A stretch of 64,000 nucleotides of DNA, from contig NC_089430.1 of NCBI RefSeq assembly GCF_026210795.1, positions 806,001-870,000 on the forward strand, read 5' to 3'. Below, piece by piece: positions 21,701-34,317 of the stretch; the stretch's first letter is position 1, and every line of letters starts with the position of its first letter. Both the position numbers and the translations under genes were made by a program. Below the pieces are notes generated by a model. The model did not search any database. It was given only the letters and a program-made list of their open reading frames with translations, and had not been told where the DNA came from. Source of the DNA: Rhizophagus irregularis (lineage: Eukaryota).

Positions 21701-22216
21701 AAAAATGGATTCAATCGACAAAGAAAGTAAATTAAAAGAAATTAGTATGTAATGAATGAGATATATAAATTTATGTTTTTTATTTATGTATTATAAGTTT
21801 TTTTTATTTACTTAATAATTTTTCTAAAAGAACAAAATTTAATAAGGTTCGCCTCAAAGACATTTAAAGAGATGAAAGAATTAGGAATTACAACACTTAA
21901 TATTTCTAATTCAAACGCTATATTAGAAAATGATGATGTTGGAATATTCTGAATTCTTTTTGGAGAAAATGATTTTAATGAAATTGATGAAGAAGAAGTT
22001 GATTCAAAAAAACAGTCAATCACAATAAAAAATAAAAAAGTTAATAATTTTTTTATACTTTTAATTCATTAAGATTCTATTCATTTTGACAATATATTAA
22101 TTATGCATTGTTATGCGCAAAAACCGTTTTTATCATCTCCGGCTATTACGATGGCAAGGAATCTATGAGAATTATTACTAAATATAGATAAACTCCCAGA
22201 TTAACAATCTTTTATA

Positions 22217-23101
22217 ATGAACCCGACAAAATTCACAAAAATTGAATCATATGTACAATTTTTGTTGAACAAATTAAAAAGTTCTTCAACAAAAGAAGCT
22301 TTTGTTGAAGAACTTAGATATAATAATGACAATTTCTTAGAAATCGGTCTACCTCCTAATAATGAAAATTTAAAAGATAATTTTGAAATTACCTCAGAGG
22401 TAAATTTGTTAAAAATGGAGGAATCTTCTTTCGAACGAAGTAAGGAAGAAATAATAAAAGCGTTGGTCGCTCAATTAATATCAATTTATGACAATGTTCT
22501 TCAGGAATATGTCGAAGCAGAGATTAATAGACGAAATGGATTTCGTAATTATTTGAATTTTTTAAAGATTTATAAAAAAATCAAAATATTTTGTAACATA
22601 TACAAAATCAGATTGAAAAGTCAAACAATAAAAAATCAAACAAATACCAAAATTGTCGATTATAGCGAACAAAAAATTAAATTAACAACTTTCACCATCA
22701 CTTTCAGAGCAGCAAAAAGAATTGATAGGCTATTAAATCTTTCCAATAAAAATTTTCTCATTGTTGACATATTTCCTAATTTAGATGTAGCTTTTTTTAA
22801 ATCGTCGCCAATTAATGTCTCTGCATATGAATGTTGGCTGAAGATCATAGAAACGGGGGAAATAATTTCAGAGAAGCAAGGATACGAAATCTATCAACAA
22901 AAAAAGAAGGAGAAGAATTCATTAAGAGAAAATATTCTTAAACAAGTGTATGAATCGGCGGGATATGAATTGGCGGAATATTATTACATTGATGAAGAAT
23001 CACCAAGATACTATCCTGATAACGACAATCCTGATAATGAAGAATCACCAAGATATTATCCCGATAACGAAGAATCTATTCTTCCTATGGATGAATCTTA
23101 A
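22217..23101 (+). CDS. Hypothetical protein (largest exon; decayed upstream exons possible from ~21705)
   Basis: 294-aa ORF in AT-rich DNA with a duplicated C-terminal EESPRYYPDN; no family recognised. Confidence 0.5.
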   Translation: MNPTKFTKIESYVQFLLNKLKSSSTKEAFVEELRYNNDNFLEIGLPPNNENLKDNFEITSEVNLLKMEESSFERSKEEIIKALVAQLISIYDNVLQEYVEAEINRRNGFRNYLNFLKIYKKIKIFCNIYKIRLKSQTIKNQTNTKIVDYSEQKIKLTTFTITFRAAKRIDRLLNLSNKNFLIVDIFPNLDVAFFKSSPINVSAYECWLKIIETGEIISEKQGYEIYQQKKKEKNSLRENILKQVYESAGYELAEYYYIDEESPRYYPDNDNPDNEESPRYYPDNEESILPMDES

Positions 23102-23603
23102 CTCTTTCCTCCGCTTCCTTTCTCTCTTCTTCTCTCCCTTCTTTGTTATTTTCCTTCTTTTCTCCCTTCTTCTCTTTCTTCTTCGCTCGTATCCTCCCTC
23201 TCTTCTTTTTCTTTTTTTTTGCTCTTTTCTTCCCTTTTTTCCTTCTTTTCTCCTTCTTCGTTCTTTTCCTCCCTTCCCTTTCCTTCCTCCCTTCCTTTTT
23301 CTCTTTAATTTCACCAGTAGAATCCATTATTTTTTTGATTTTTTGTTCCTCGGCACTTGGTACTGATTTCGTCCGTTTCTTTGGCTCTCTTTTGACGCTT
23401 TCTTTCACGTTCATGTTTAAGTCATTGTTTGGATGTTTTTCTCCTTTTGTTATTTCATTTCTCGGGTTAGTACTTTGATATCCATTTTATTATAATTTTT
23501 AAATGTAAAAGTTTATGCAAAGCGCATGGGAATTTTATATCTGATTTTTTTATCTTAATTTTTATAGTCATCATCTTTACTTTAAAGTACAAAATTAGAA
23601 ATA

Positions 23604-24399
23604 CAATCGCCACTGGTTACAAACCTGGATATACCGAAAACTCGTTATATCGAACTAAATAGTGCAGAACTATTTATCTGAAACTCGTGTTTGTTTGATC
23701 AAATATATTATATACTGAATGATCACGTGAATTAAAATTGGATAATCTTTTTCTTTGTCAGAATACTAAATTTAAAAAAAACTCTGATATTAACACAATA
23801 TATCAACAAAGAAAAGGGATTATGTCAACAAATCTTGTGTTACAATATTTTGCTATGCAAATGCAACTCTGTGTTATAAAAAATGTCAACTACAAAAACC
23901 TTCCCGTTCATTATTTTTGGAATAAGAAGGCGTGAATGCAAATTAGTATTTTAATGAAATTCTTCTTGAACTTAATCTCTTGAACTTAATGCATGAAATT
24001 CTTCTAATATATATTTATTTCTTTTATTTCTTAGTTTTGATGGAAAAATTGATGACCTTGATATGTTAATTTCTAGCTTCCAAACAGTGATATTAACGTG
24101 TATGAATATGTTCATATTGAGGATGAAATGCTAGAGGGTGGACTTACTGATGAAGAAATTGTTGATAGGGTATAAATACAAAAATGAAATAACTTATTTA
24201 TACCAGAAAAAGTTACTTTGGCAGTAGTTAAAAGATTTATAAACGAATCTATAAGATTTTTATACGCAGAAGTGGGTAAAGAATTAAATAATATAATATA
24301 ATAATAAAGATAATTCATAATTCACCTTAATTATTTTTAATCATGTGATTTGATTTTATTGGTAGAATTTATATACCGCGTTATATCCAGTGACGACTG
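23604..24399. mobile_element. Degenerate Tc1/pogo-like remnant
   Basis: TA|CAATCGCCACTGG versus CCAGTGACGACTG imperfect TIRs; internal fragment IEDEMLEGGLTDEEIVD resembles a pogo/tigger C-terminus. Confidence 0.5.
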
Positions 24400-24989
24400 C
24401 AATCTCAATTTTATTAATCGAAAAAAATAAGTAGTACCAAGAAAATTCTCAGAAAATTTTCTTGATGATCGCAATTAATTGGATTTAAATTTAAAAATTG
24501 TCAATTGTAATTTCAATTTCAATTTATTTATTAATCAGCCTTTGAAAAATAAGGCCCATCAATTTCTATTTTGAATTTAATTTTAATGATTATTCTGTTA
24601 TATTAACAAAATTGATCAATTTGTGCTTTTTTCTAACAATAATAGTTAGATAATATAAAATAGATAGTCATAACGCTATTATGTAATAATAAAAGGGTGA
24701 TTTCTAATTAAACTCAATTCCAATTGTTTATTTGTAAATTCTAATCGTTTGATTGTGACGTAAATCATGATCATCTTCCGATTTCTGAAACTATTTTTCA
24801 CAAATATATACTGTATTGATATTGAACCGAAATTGATGGACTGAAATTTAAAATGGCCCCATGATTTTTTAGAAAACAACTTATTAGCATAGCGGCCAAT
24901 CACAAAGATAGCACTGAAAATATAAGATCAGCTGATACTAACAACTGTGATCTGTATATGGTGATTAAGACCGATTAGAATCACGATTG

Positions 24990-25215
24990 TTAAGAAAAAT
25001 TCTCGCGAATTTTTTTTAATACTGCTTATTTTAAAGTTTAAAGACCGATTAGCAAACTGAAATCACAATTTCAAGAAAAATTCTCGCGAATTTTTCTTGA
25101 TACTGCTTATTTTTAAAGTTTAAAAACCGATTAGTAAACTAAAATCACGATTTTAAGAAAAATTCTCACGAATTTTTCTTGATACAGACTGATTAGTAAA
25201 TTGAAATCACGATTT
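24990..25215. repeat. Array B: three ~82-bp units with the same palindromic core
   Basis: AAGAAAAATTCTCGCGAATTTTTCTTGATACTGCTTATTTTAAAGTTTAAAGACCGATTAG repeated; it is the reverse complement of array C units. Confidence 0.8.
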
Positions 25216-25394
25216 TTAAATATGATTATCTATATTTAACTAACTTTAATAATGATTGATCATTTTGTTAGAATTGTTAATTTTAGATACATAGTATGAT
25301 ATTATCGATACTTTTGCAATTGTAACGGATTTTGAAATCTATTATAAAATAGTTTTTTTTAGTTAAATAAATCATTTCGACTTTTTAGTAACTT

Positions 25395-25612
25395 TAGATA
25401 GTATAAAGTTATATTTGTGATCAAATTTTCTTTGTTAACGGTACGCGTTTCTCTAGAGTCATACCATAGATAGTATAGAGTCATATTTGTGATCGAATTT
25501 TCTTTGTTAACGGTACGCGTTTCTCTAGAATCACGATTGTTCACAATTTAGTTACCTTAGATAGTATAGAGTCATATTTGTGATTGAATTTTCTGTTAAT
25601 GGTACGCGTTTC
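25395..25612. repeat. Three copies of a ~60-70-bp repeat
   Basis: TAGATAGTATAGAGTCATATTTGTGATCGAATTTTCTTTGTTAACGGTACGCGTTTC repeated. Confidence 0.75.
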
Positions 25613-25869
25613 ACCATCATTCATACATTTGCATTTATCATTTACGTATTCTTTCTTATTTTTACGTGTTCTCATTCATATTCGTATGTTTACGTCAAAA
25701 AAATGAATCAACAAGAAGAAATTTCCTTGATCAAAAAACAAAATGAACTCATCTTGGAAAGATTAAAGTATGATAGATTTTTTATAAGAATAAATTTAAA
25801 TGAATATTATTACTAATGAGTTATTTTTTAAAGTTCTTTAGATGATGGTACTTTTGCTGCGTTGTCCAC

Positions 25870-26122
25870 AAATATTCGCAGACCTTCTACGTCGTCCACA
25901 ACCTTCCCCGTTGACGTGTCATCTTTATCAACTCATGAAAATATTCGCAAACTTCTACGTCATCTACAACCTTTCCCGTTGACGTGTCATCTTTATCAGC
26001 TTGTGGAAATTCTCACAAACCCTCTACGTCGTTCACAACCTCTCCTGTTGATGTGTCATCTTTATCAGCTTGTGGAAATATTCGCAGACCCTCTACGTCG
26101 TCCACAACCTTCCCCGTTGACG
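25870..26122 (+). repeat. ~69-bp tandem repeat (~3.7 copies), probably within a decayed exon
   Basis: AAATATTCGCAGACCYTCTACGTCGTCCACAACCTTCCCCGTTGACGTGTCATCTTTATCA repeated. Confidence 0.75.
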
Positions 26123-26366
26123 TAAGTTATTAATATAATCTAATCATACTTTTTTAAAAAAAAATTCAATTTTGTAAAAAAACTAAAAAAACTAATAATG
26201 TATGATATGTATGATTAAAAGACACACAATAAAAGTTTTGTTGCAAAACCGAAAAAAAATACATATCTAAGTTAGATATGATAAGTACGTTAGATATAAC
26301 GAATGAAATGTATACGTTGTGTATGGTACGTATATACATTAAATAATAATTGAATTTGGGGGTGAC

Positions 26367-26548
26367 GAAAACAAGTATAGTATGGAATCCTATGTATGTA
26401 TGTATGGTGACCTATGTATAGATGTATGGTGGCTCATGTATAGTATATTACTATTGTGATAACTATACCGTATGAAAATTAACACCATACATACCATACA
26501 TTAACCACCATACATACATACATAGGATTCCATACTGTACTTGTTTTC
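26367..26548. mobile_element. ~180-bp MITE-like inverted repeat (~43-bp arms)
   Basis: GAAAACAAGTATAGTATGGAATCCTATGTATGTATGTATGGTG and its near-perfect reverse complement ending at 26548; TSD not resolved. Confidence 0.65.
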
Positions 26549-27116
26549 TATATAATCATTGAATTGGGGTTGAATTTTCATACAAACAAGGCTTTTTGTA
26601 ATAAATTAATAATCAATAAAACTAGTCGTCAATGAGAATATGTGCAGATTATCATCTTGATTATAATTTGTCATATAAAGACATACACAAAAATATTTTA
26701 TTTAAAATAATCGAAAAGGTATTTATTTTTATTTACTTTAATCAATATGTTTATAGAATAAATATATAATATTTATAAAATAATTTTATAATTATTTTTT
26801 TTTAGTTTAAAATAAAAACTAAGGATCTTAACATTTTGCTTGGATACAATAATTGGTTTGCATACGAGCTATTAAAGAAACACGTTCAGCACGTTCGTAA
26901 GTATTTCTTTTTTTATTAATATAATACAAATTAAATATGATTTTTAAAAAATCAAAAAATATAATTTATATTTATATAATCAAAGGCGACCACAAAGCAA
27001 AAACAATAAATGGATATTTCATGAAAAGAATCTGAAGCAGAGGTGAGGAGAGGCCGGTGGAAAAAACCGTAGAAGAAAGCGGTGGTGATGAAGAAGAGAG
27101 AGAAAGTGAAGGTGAA

Positions 27117-27296
27117 GAAGCAGCAGCAGAAATTGAAATTCAGGATAATTTCAATTCTAAAGAAGCAGCAGTAGAAATTGAAGTTCAGGATAATTTCAAT
27201 TCTAAAGAAGCAGCAGCAGAAATTGAAGTTCGGAATGATTCTGATTCTAAAGAAGCAGCAGCAGAAATTGAAATTCGTGATGATTCCAATTCCGAT
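27117..27296 (+). repeat. 45-bp tandem repeat x4 encoding EAAAEIE(I/V)xDxxNSK
   Basis: Visible in DNA and in ORF 27057-27320; likely an exon of a decayed acidic-protein gene. Confidence 0.75.
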
Positions 27297-27939
27297 ATAG
27301 ACAAAGATTTAGAACGTTAACTCTTAGATTTATTTTGTAAAAGATATAAAAAAACAGGCAGAACAGATAGTAGTAAGGATGAAGAATTAGAACGCAATCT
27401 TATACGTGAAATAAGAAGTAAGTACAAGCGTAAAAAGAGGGAGAGACAACTACTACAACAAAAAAAACTACAACAACAATAACAATAAAAACAGCAGCAG
27501 GAAGAAAAAGAAAAAGAAGTTGAAAAAAAAGAGAAAGAAATTGAAGAAAAAGAGAAAGAAATAGAAGAAAAGAAAAATGAAACAGCGACAAGTAATAATT
27601 TTTCTGTATATTAATTAATTAATTTAAGTATTAAAAATAACTTATTTTTATCATTTTTTCTTAAGGAGGTGGACGTACCTTACGCAAAAGGACAGTGACG
27701 GCCAATAAGGCCAATAAAAAGCGAGAGCCAATAAAAAAAGACAATGAAAAAAATAAAAGGTAAATAACCTTACGCAAAAGGATAGTGACAGCCAATAAAA
27801 AGGATAATGAAAAAATAAAAAGTAAAAAGTAAATAGTTAAACATGTTTCTAATAAACAACTCATTTTTATAAAAAAAATTATTAATGAACTGAAATAAAT
27901 AATAATAGTAATTTTTATATTTAATTGGCTTTTGAACCT

Positions 27940-28600
27940 TAAGAAAATTCGCGAGAATTTTTCTTATTGGGATTTCAATTTACTTAAACTTTAAAATGAG
28001 CAGTATCAAGAAAAATTCGCGAGAATTTTTCTTATTGGGATTTCAATTTACTTAAACTTTAAAATGAGCAGTATCAAGAAAAATTCGCGAGAATTTTTCT
28101 TAAAAAATCGTAATTTCAATTTATTTAAACTTTAAAAATAAGCGGTATCAAGAAAAATTCGTGAGAATTTTTCTTGAAATCGTGATTTCAGTTTACTAAT
28201 CGGTCTTTAAACTTTAAAATAAGCAGCATCAAGAAAAATTCGCAAGAATTTTTCTTAAAAAATCATAATTTCAATTTATTTAAACTTTAAAAATAAGCGG
28301 TATCAAGAAAAATTCGCGAGAATTTTTCTTGAAATCGTGATTTCAGTTTACTAATCGGTCTTTAAACTTTAAAATAAGCAGTATCAAGAAAAATTCGCGA
28401 GAATTTTTCTTGAAATCGGGATTTCAATTTACTAATCGGTCTTTAAACTTTAAAAATAAGCAGTATCAAGAAAAATTTGCAAGAATTTTTCTTGAAATCG
28501 TGATTTTAATTTATTTATTAGTTAGTTTTTTAAACTTTAAAATAAGCAATATCAAGAAAAATTCGCGAGAATTTTTCTTGAAATCGTGATTTCAATTTAT
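27940..28600. repeat. Array C: about nine 68-85-bp units with the palindromic core TCAAGAAAAATTC-GCGA-GAATTTTTCTTGA
   Basis: Cores near 27941, 28008, 28077, 28149, 28230, 28304, 28385, 28468 and 28553. Confidence 0.85.
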
Positions 28601-29108
28601 TGGTTGGTATCTCTAATAGTCTCCAGATTCTTGTTTTTTCGTTATTAATTTCTTCTTTTTATACGTGGGGCTCGACTATTTTCAGATTTTAACAACCGAA
28701 CTATCAATCTAATCGCTCGCGACTTGACTGTTTGGCATTATAACGAACAAATTTTATTATTTTGAATAAAATTAAATCTATACCATAATAGATTAATAGA
28801 TGTTGTAATGCAATTTCGAATATATTATTATATCTTACAAAAATTCATATCTACAATATCGGCATAAATCCGGATATATATATATCATGTGATTTAATCG
28901 CTATCATTCATAGATTATGATTGGATAATTATCACATGGATGCTGATCATTTGTTTGTTTTGCATGCACGTGAATGATATAAATTGGGGAAAATACAAAC
29001 TGTTTCTCTTTTACTCTTTATTCTTTATTTTGCTTTTTACTCGAAGTATTATCTCAAATATTGCACTTATTTATTTATTTCATTTTTTTATAGAAGAAAA
29101 TTTTAAAC

Positions 29109-32100
29109 TAGGGGTCCGATCCGATATTTTGGAGGCCATTCGGATCAAATCCGAATTCCTATTACTGAATCCGGTTTGTAATTCGAATTCAAAAATCTTA
29201 CGGATGATCACTTAAATTCGGATTCCATCCGTAATTTGACCCAATTCGGATTCTAAAATCAATTCAGATATCCATAAATTTAAACCAAATTCGGATTTCA
29301 TCCGTATTTTAAATTCTAATCTGTTTTCTTTTTTAAAATATAATTAACTAATCACTTATATTTTCAAATGAATAAAAATTAATAAATTATTATAAAAAAA
29401 ATAAAAAAATAACCCCCCGGCTCTCCTAATTATTTTTTAATCAGTTTGTTTTTCGTATATGTTTATTTTGCAGTAATTAACTTATTTATTGTAATCATTA
29501 AATTGAAAATTTATTAGAATTTTAAATGATAGATAAATATTAAATTTAAAAATTTATAAAACGAAAAAATGGTATTAAACCTAGAAATTCAATGTATTAA
29601 CAGTTCAAAATATTGTAAAAACAATTTATAAAATCATCAAAATTTTATTGAAATTTAATAAAATTTAGTTTATCTCAATATTTTCATCCCATTCTGGTGC
29701 AAAAACTTTCATTGTTTTAATATTTCTCTTTAAAAATAGCATTTGACCTGCTAATTTTGTATCTAAACTTGTCCTCTTAGCACTAATGAGATTACCAGCA
29801 TCAGAGAACAGTCGTTCGCTTGATACTGAGGTTGCCGGTATTGCAAGATACTTGCGAGCTAACTTGGCAAGTTTTGGAAAATTTTGAGAACGTATTCGCC
29901 ACCAATCTAAAGGATTTTCTGTCTCTAATGCTAATGGCAATGACAAATAATTCGTAACTTCATCACAAATTACCATGTTCGGAATTGCTTTTTTAGTTTT
30001 ACTTTGACGCCGTTGACGATATTCTTTATGCGAACGTATTGAAGATTCTATATCTATGGATGGAGCTGGGTTATTCAAAGTTTCAGATTCTGGTACTACT
30101 ACCTCACCAATTTCATCACGAAGTTTTTGAATAATTCGTTCTTTCTCAGTATCAATTTCTATAAAATCCAAATTTTTATAACGAGGATCCAGTAAAGCTG
30201 CCATTAAACCAAGATCGTTTGGAATATTCCAGTAGTAAATTAGTGCATTGTATATATTTTGCTTTACTTTCTCTAAAACACCTGTTGTATCTAATGAATT
30301 TTTAATTGAAATATTTTCCTTTGTAATATTACTTATAACTTCATCATCATCAAAATCAATAGGACGTGTTTCTACAATTTCAGAGTCAAATACAGTATCC
30401 TCATCCAAAAACTCACCAACATTTTGTGGTACTTCAGAAGCCAAATCAAAAATTTTTGCCTTAATAGTTGGAATGGTTTGGCTTAAAGTTACATATGTAT
30501 TGCCAGAAAATTCGCGGGTTGCTTCCTCAAATGGCATTAATATATCAATAAGTTGATCTAACAGACTCCATTCTTCATCAGAAAGTAAGATTCTTTTCAA
30601 TTTATTGCCATCTTTCTTACTTTCCCGATCAGTTGATGTGCATAAATCTGCTTGAAGTTGGATAATAGCATCTTTTAAAAAGAAAAGACGATCCCAAGCA
30701 TAATACGTTGAATTCCAACGTGTAGATACGTCTTGAATACAGCGCATAATATCTACATAGTCAAGCTTTTTTTGTACCTGCTCTAATCTTTCTACTTGTT
30801 TTTGATATTGAAAAAAATGAATTAATCTCCTTGCACGTGCTACCAAAATCTCTGCAGGTGCCAACCCCTTTCCAATTGCCAATTGGATGGTATGTGCTGT
30901 GCAAGAAAGGCGTTTAACATCTTCACATCCACTTTTCTGATTCAATAAACGAAACATTGCAACCATGTTTGACCCGTTATCAGTGGTGATTGATGTCACA
31001 CGCTGCTCAAGATTCCAATCCTTGATACATCTGTAAAGTTTATTAGTAATAACATCACTAGAATGTGGAGAAGGAACATATTTGTTTTCTAACATTACAT
31101 CTTTAATTTCAAAATCCGGTGTGATCCAAGTTGCGGTAACTCCCAAATATCCATGCTTGGCTCTACTAGACCAGAGATCCATTGTAAGAGAAACACTTTC
31201 TGCAGTTTCAGTAAGGAGGTTTTGCAAATTTTGCCGATTATAGTTATAACTTTTAACAATCATTGTTTTGATCTTCTGTTCTCCTGGAACAACAAAAGAA
31301 GGATCAAATTCAGCCATTTTTTCTCTATATGCTTCATTAGTAACTGCAGAAAGAGGTTGGTTCGTGAGTAACATCCATTTAAGAGTTACTTCTTCGCGCT
31401 TTTTTTGAATATGCTTAGAATGAGGACGACAATTTCGTGCAAAGCTGGTAATTTTGGAATTTCGTGGCTAAAAATTATTAAGTAGTAATGTATGAATATA
31501 ATTAATATAATATTCATAATGATACATGAAACGCCATGTTTATCATACTTTTTTTGAAACAGCTGTATCATCCTGCGCAACAATTTCATGCTTATCCCTA
31601 AGATGCGCAATGAGGTTTCCCGTTGAACTTCCAACATTCTTATATTCTTGGCCGCATCTTTTACCACTTTCATCTAAGATTTTACAAATTCGTATCTCAT
31701 CACCTTTGTCATTAATACTCTTTTCAAAATATTCCTGGGTAAATGATGGTTTTTTTCGTTTGTATATATTCTTATCGCGATCAGCTTTTTTGTTGGAAAT
31801 TATTAATAAATGTACATAGAGATGAAACTATAATTTATTATTATTAATTATAATTTTACCTTTTCCTTTGTTTTTTGTAGAATTTGTGGAAAAGGAAAGG
31901 GTTGTTTGAGTACCAGGTGGTTTCCTAGTAGTTGCTGGCGAACAAAAAGTTTCATGTGGAGTATCAGAACTTCCAGACGCCTGGTTCTGCAGTTCCAAAA
32001 TAGGATCAAAGTCAAAATCTTCACCAGGATAATAATCAAAATTCTCCATAGAATAGGCTTTTGCTAGATAAAAAAGTGGTAAAATTCGCAAAGGGTCGTG

Positions 32101-32473
32101 AAGGCAGTAGGATACCGAAATAGAAGGGTAGAATTAGGTTGAAAAAAGGTTTAACCTTTAAAAAGGGGCATAGATAAAAGGAACATGATTTATATTTATA
32201 TATAGTCAAAAGTAGTGTGAAAAAAATCTCCTTAAATAAACGAGCGTGAGAATGTCAACATTGAACTGTGAAATTGCGAAATGAAAATTTTTTTTTTGAC
32301 GTTAATCATTTCGATTTTTTATATGTAATTCGAATTTCAATTCGGATGATCCGTAATCCTTAATCCGATGCATTTAGGGATCAATCCGTCAGATATTATC
32401 GGATACGGATATCCGAATTTAATTCGGATGATCGGATCAATCTGAATTGACCGGATTTCGGATCGTACCACTA
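29109..32473 (-). mobile_element. hAT transposon, full length
   Basis: 8-bp TSD TTTTAAAC (29101-29108, 32474-32481); 16-bp TIR TAG(G/T)GGT(C/A)CGATCCGA; many subterminal TCGGAT/ATCCGA motifs. Confidence 0.95.
29665..32049 (-). CDS. hAT transposase with BED finger, apparently intact (~742 aa); exons 32049-31860, 31784-31549, 31467-29665
   Basis: Two GT-AG introns give a continuous frame. BED CKILDESGKRC...HLRDKH; DLWSS, TDNGSNM, CTAHTIQL, TRWNS, ATSVSSERLFS. Confidence 0.85.
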
Positions 32474-33299
32474 TTTTAAACGATACCAAATAAAAGGTTG
32501 CCTAATAGATATAGAAAGAAATACATTTCACAAAAAGAAAATATTTAATGTTTATGAAGTAATATTTTTTTAAACTTAAATATAATTAATTGTATAGTTG
32601 GATCCATAATAACGCATCCAATAAAATTTGTTTATTTTAAAATAAAATAATTGTTTTTTTGGTATGTATATTTAGTAAAATCTTAACATAATTTGGTATT
32701 TATTAACCTAAATTATAAAATGACGTTGAGATTATTTCAATTGAATATCTAGATCAAAAGTTATTAGCTTCCAAAGTTCAAGTACTTTATTAATATAAGG
32801 AAGGATTTGAAACATATAATTCTGGCCAGAATTTCTAAAATTCTATAATGTGGGCCAGATTAAAGATATGTATCATTACACAAATAACTTGTATTTAAGT
32901 TACAAAAAATTTTTTATACATTGTTAATCTTAATTTTTTTATTTTTATATCTTAAGTGCAGGTTGATTATACATTAAAAAATATAAATCACATCGGGCTG
33001 TTTCAAATTTTAAAATATTGAAGAATTAATAAATAAATATTTTGCCTGCATTAATAAGTATATTTATATTAACTTTACGTATTTGAATTTTAACCAATCA
33101 CAAATCATTATTGTTGTGATCACGTGATTTTTTAAAAAACTTCAATTTGAAACATTTATAAATTAGTTGATGTCTTATTGTGGGTTCAACTGTATTATTC
33201 TTTATTACTAATTTTTTATCTTGTCTTTTTGAACTTTTCTAAAATAGATTTATTTATAATTTAATAAAATAGGTACAGTTACTTTTATTTTCGGTCTTT

Positions 33300-33780
33300 A
33301 TTGCTATTAATTGTATCGCTACTAATTGTATCTTTTTTTTTTATCATTACTAATTGTATCTTTCTTTCATCGCTACTAATTGTATCTTTCTTTTATCGCT
33401 ACTAATTTTTTATCATTAATTTTCTTCTTTTTATCACTATTAATTTTTCTTCTTTTTATCACTATTAATTATATCTTTCTTTCATTGCTACTAATTTTTC
33501 TTCTTTTTACCACTACTAATTGTATCTTTCTTCTATTGTTACTAATTATATCTTTTTTTTATCACTACTAATTTTTCTTCTATTGCTATTAATTGTATCT
33601 TCTTTTTATCACTAATAATTTTTCTTCCTTTTATTACTACTAATTGTATCTTTCTTTCATCGTTACTAATTGTATCTTTTTTTTTATTACTGATAATTTT
33701 TCTTCTTTTTATCACTACTAATTGTATCTCTTTTTATCACTTCTTCTTTTATAACTACTAATTCTTTCTTTTTTTTTATT
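33300..33780. repeat. Degenerate ~25-bp minisatellite (ACTAATTGTATCTTTCTTTTATC)
   Basis: Many consecutive variants. Confidence 0.8.
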
Positions 33781-33990
33781 TTCTCTATATTTAATTATAA
33801 TAATTTTATTACTATAATAGAAGTATTCTTTTATTAGATTTTAATTACACAAATTATTAATTGCATATCAATTTAAATAATAAAATTATCTGTTATATTT
33901 ATTTATACATTATATTATTAATAAAATAAAAACATTCTATGTAAATACGTGTACTAATGGTATATTTTTAATATGTAAACATACGGATTG

Positions 33991-34317
33991 CTGGGATATC
34001 ATACTGTTTGCAAATTAATCAAAGTAGGAAACGTACAGTTCACACTGGGATATCGTGCTGTTCGCAAATTAAACAAAGTGGGAAATGTATGGTGCACACT
34101 GGGATATCGTGCTGTTCGCAAATTAATCAAAGTGGGAAATGTACAGTGCATACCGGGATATCGTGCTGTTCGCAAATTAATCAAAGTAAGAAACGTACGG
34201 TGCACACCGGGATATTGTGCTGTTCGCAAATTAATCAAAGTGGAAAACGTACAGTGCACACTGGGATATCGTGCTGTTCGCAAATTAATCAACAGTGGGA
34301 AACGTACGGTTCACACC
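33991..34317. repeat. 54-bp tandem repeat, 6 copies
   Basis: CTGGGATATCGTGCTGTTCGCAAATTAATCAAAGTGGGAAACGTACAGTGCACA at 33991, 34045, 34099, 34153, 34207 and 34261. Confidence 0.9.

Noticed and set aside
22950..23478. Overlapping Phe/Leu-rich and Lys/Arg-rich ORFs
   Set aside because: Low-complexity purine/pyrimidine tract; the minus-strand 23085-23414 ORF might be real but has no support.
27940..28600. CRISPR array of palindromic repeats
   Set aside because: The intervening sequences are themselves repeated, so it is a tandem array.
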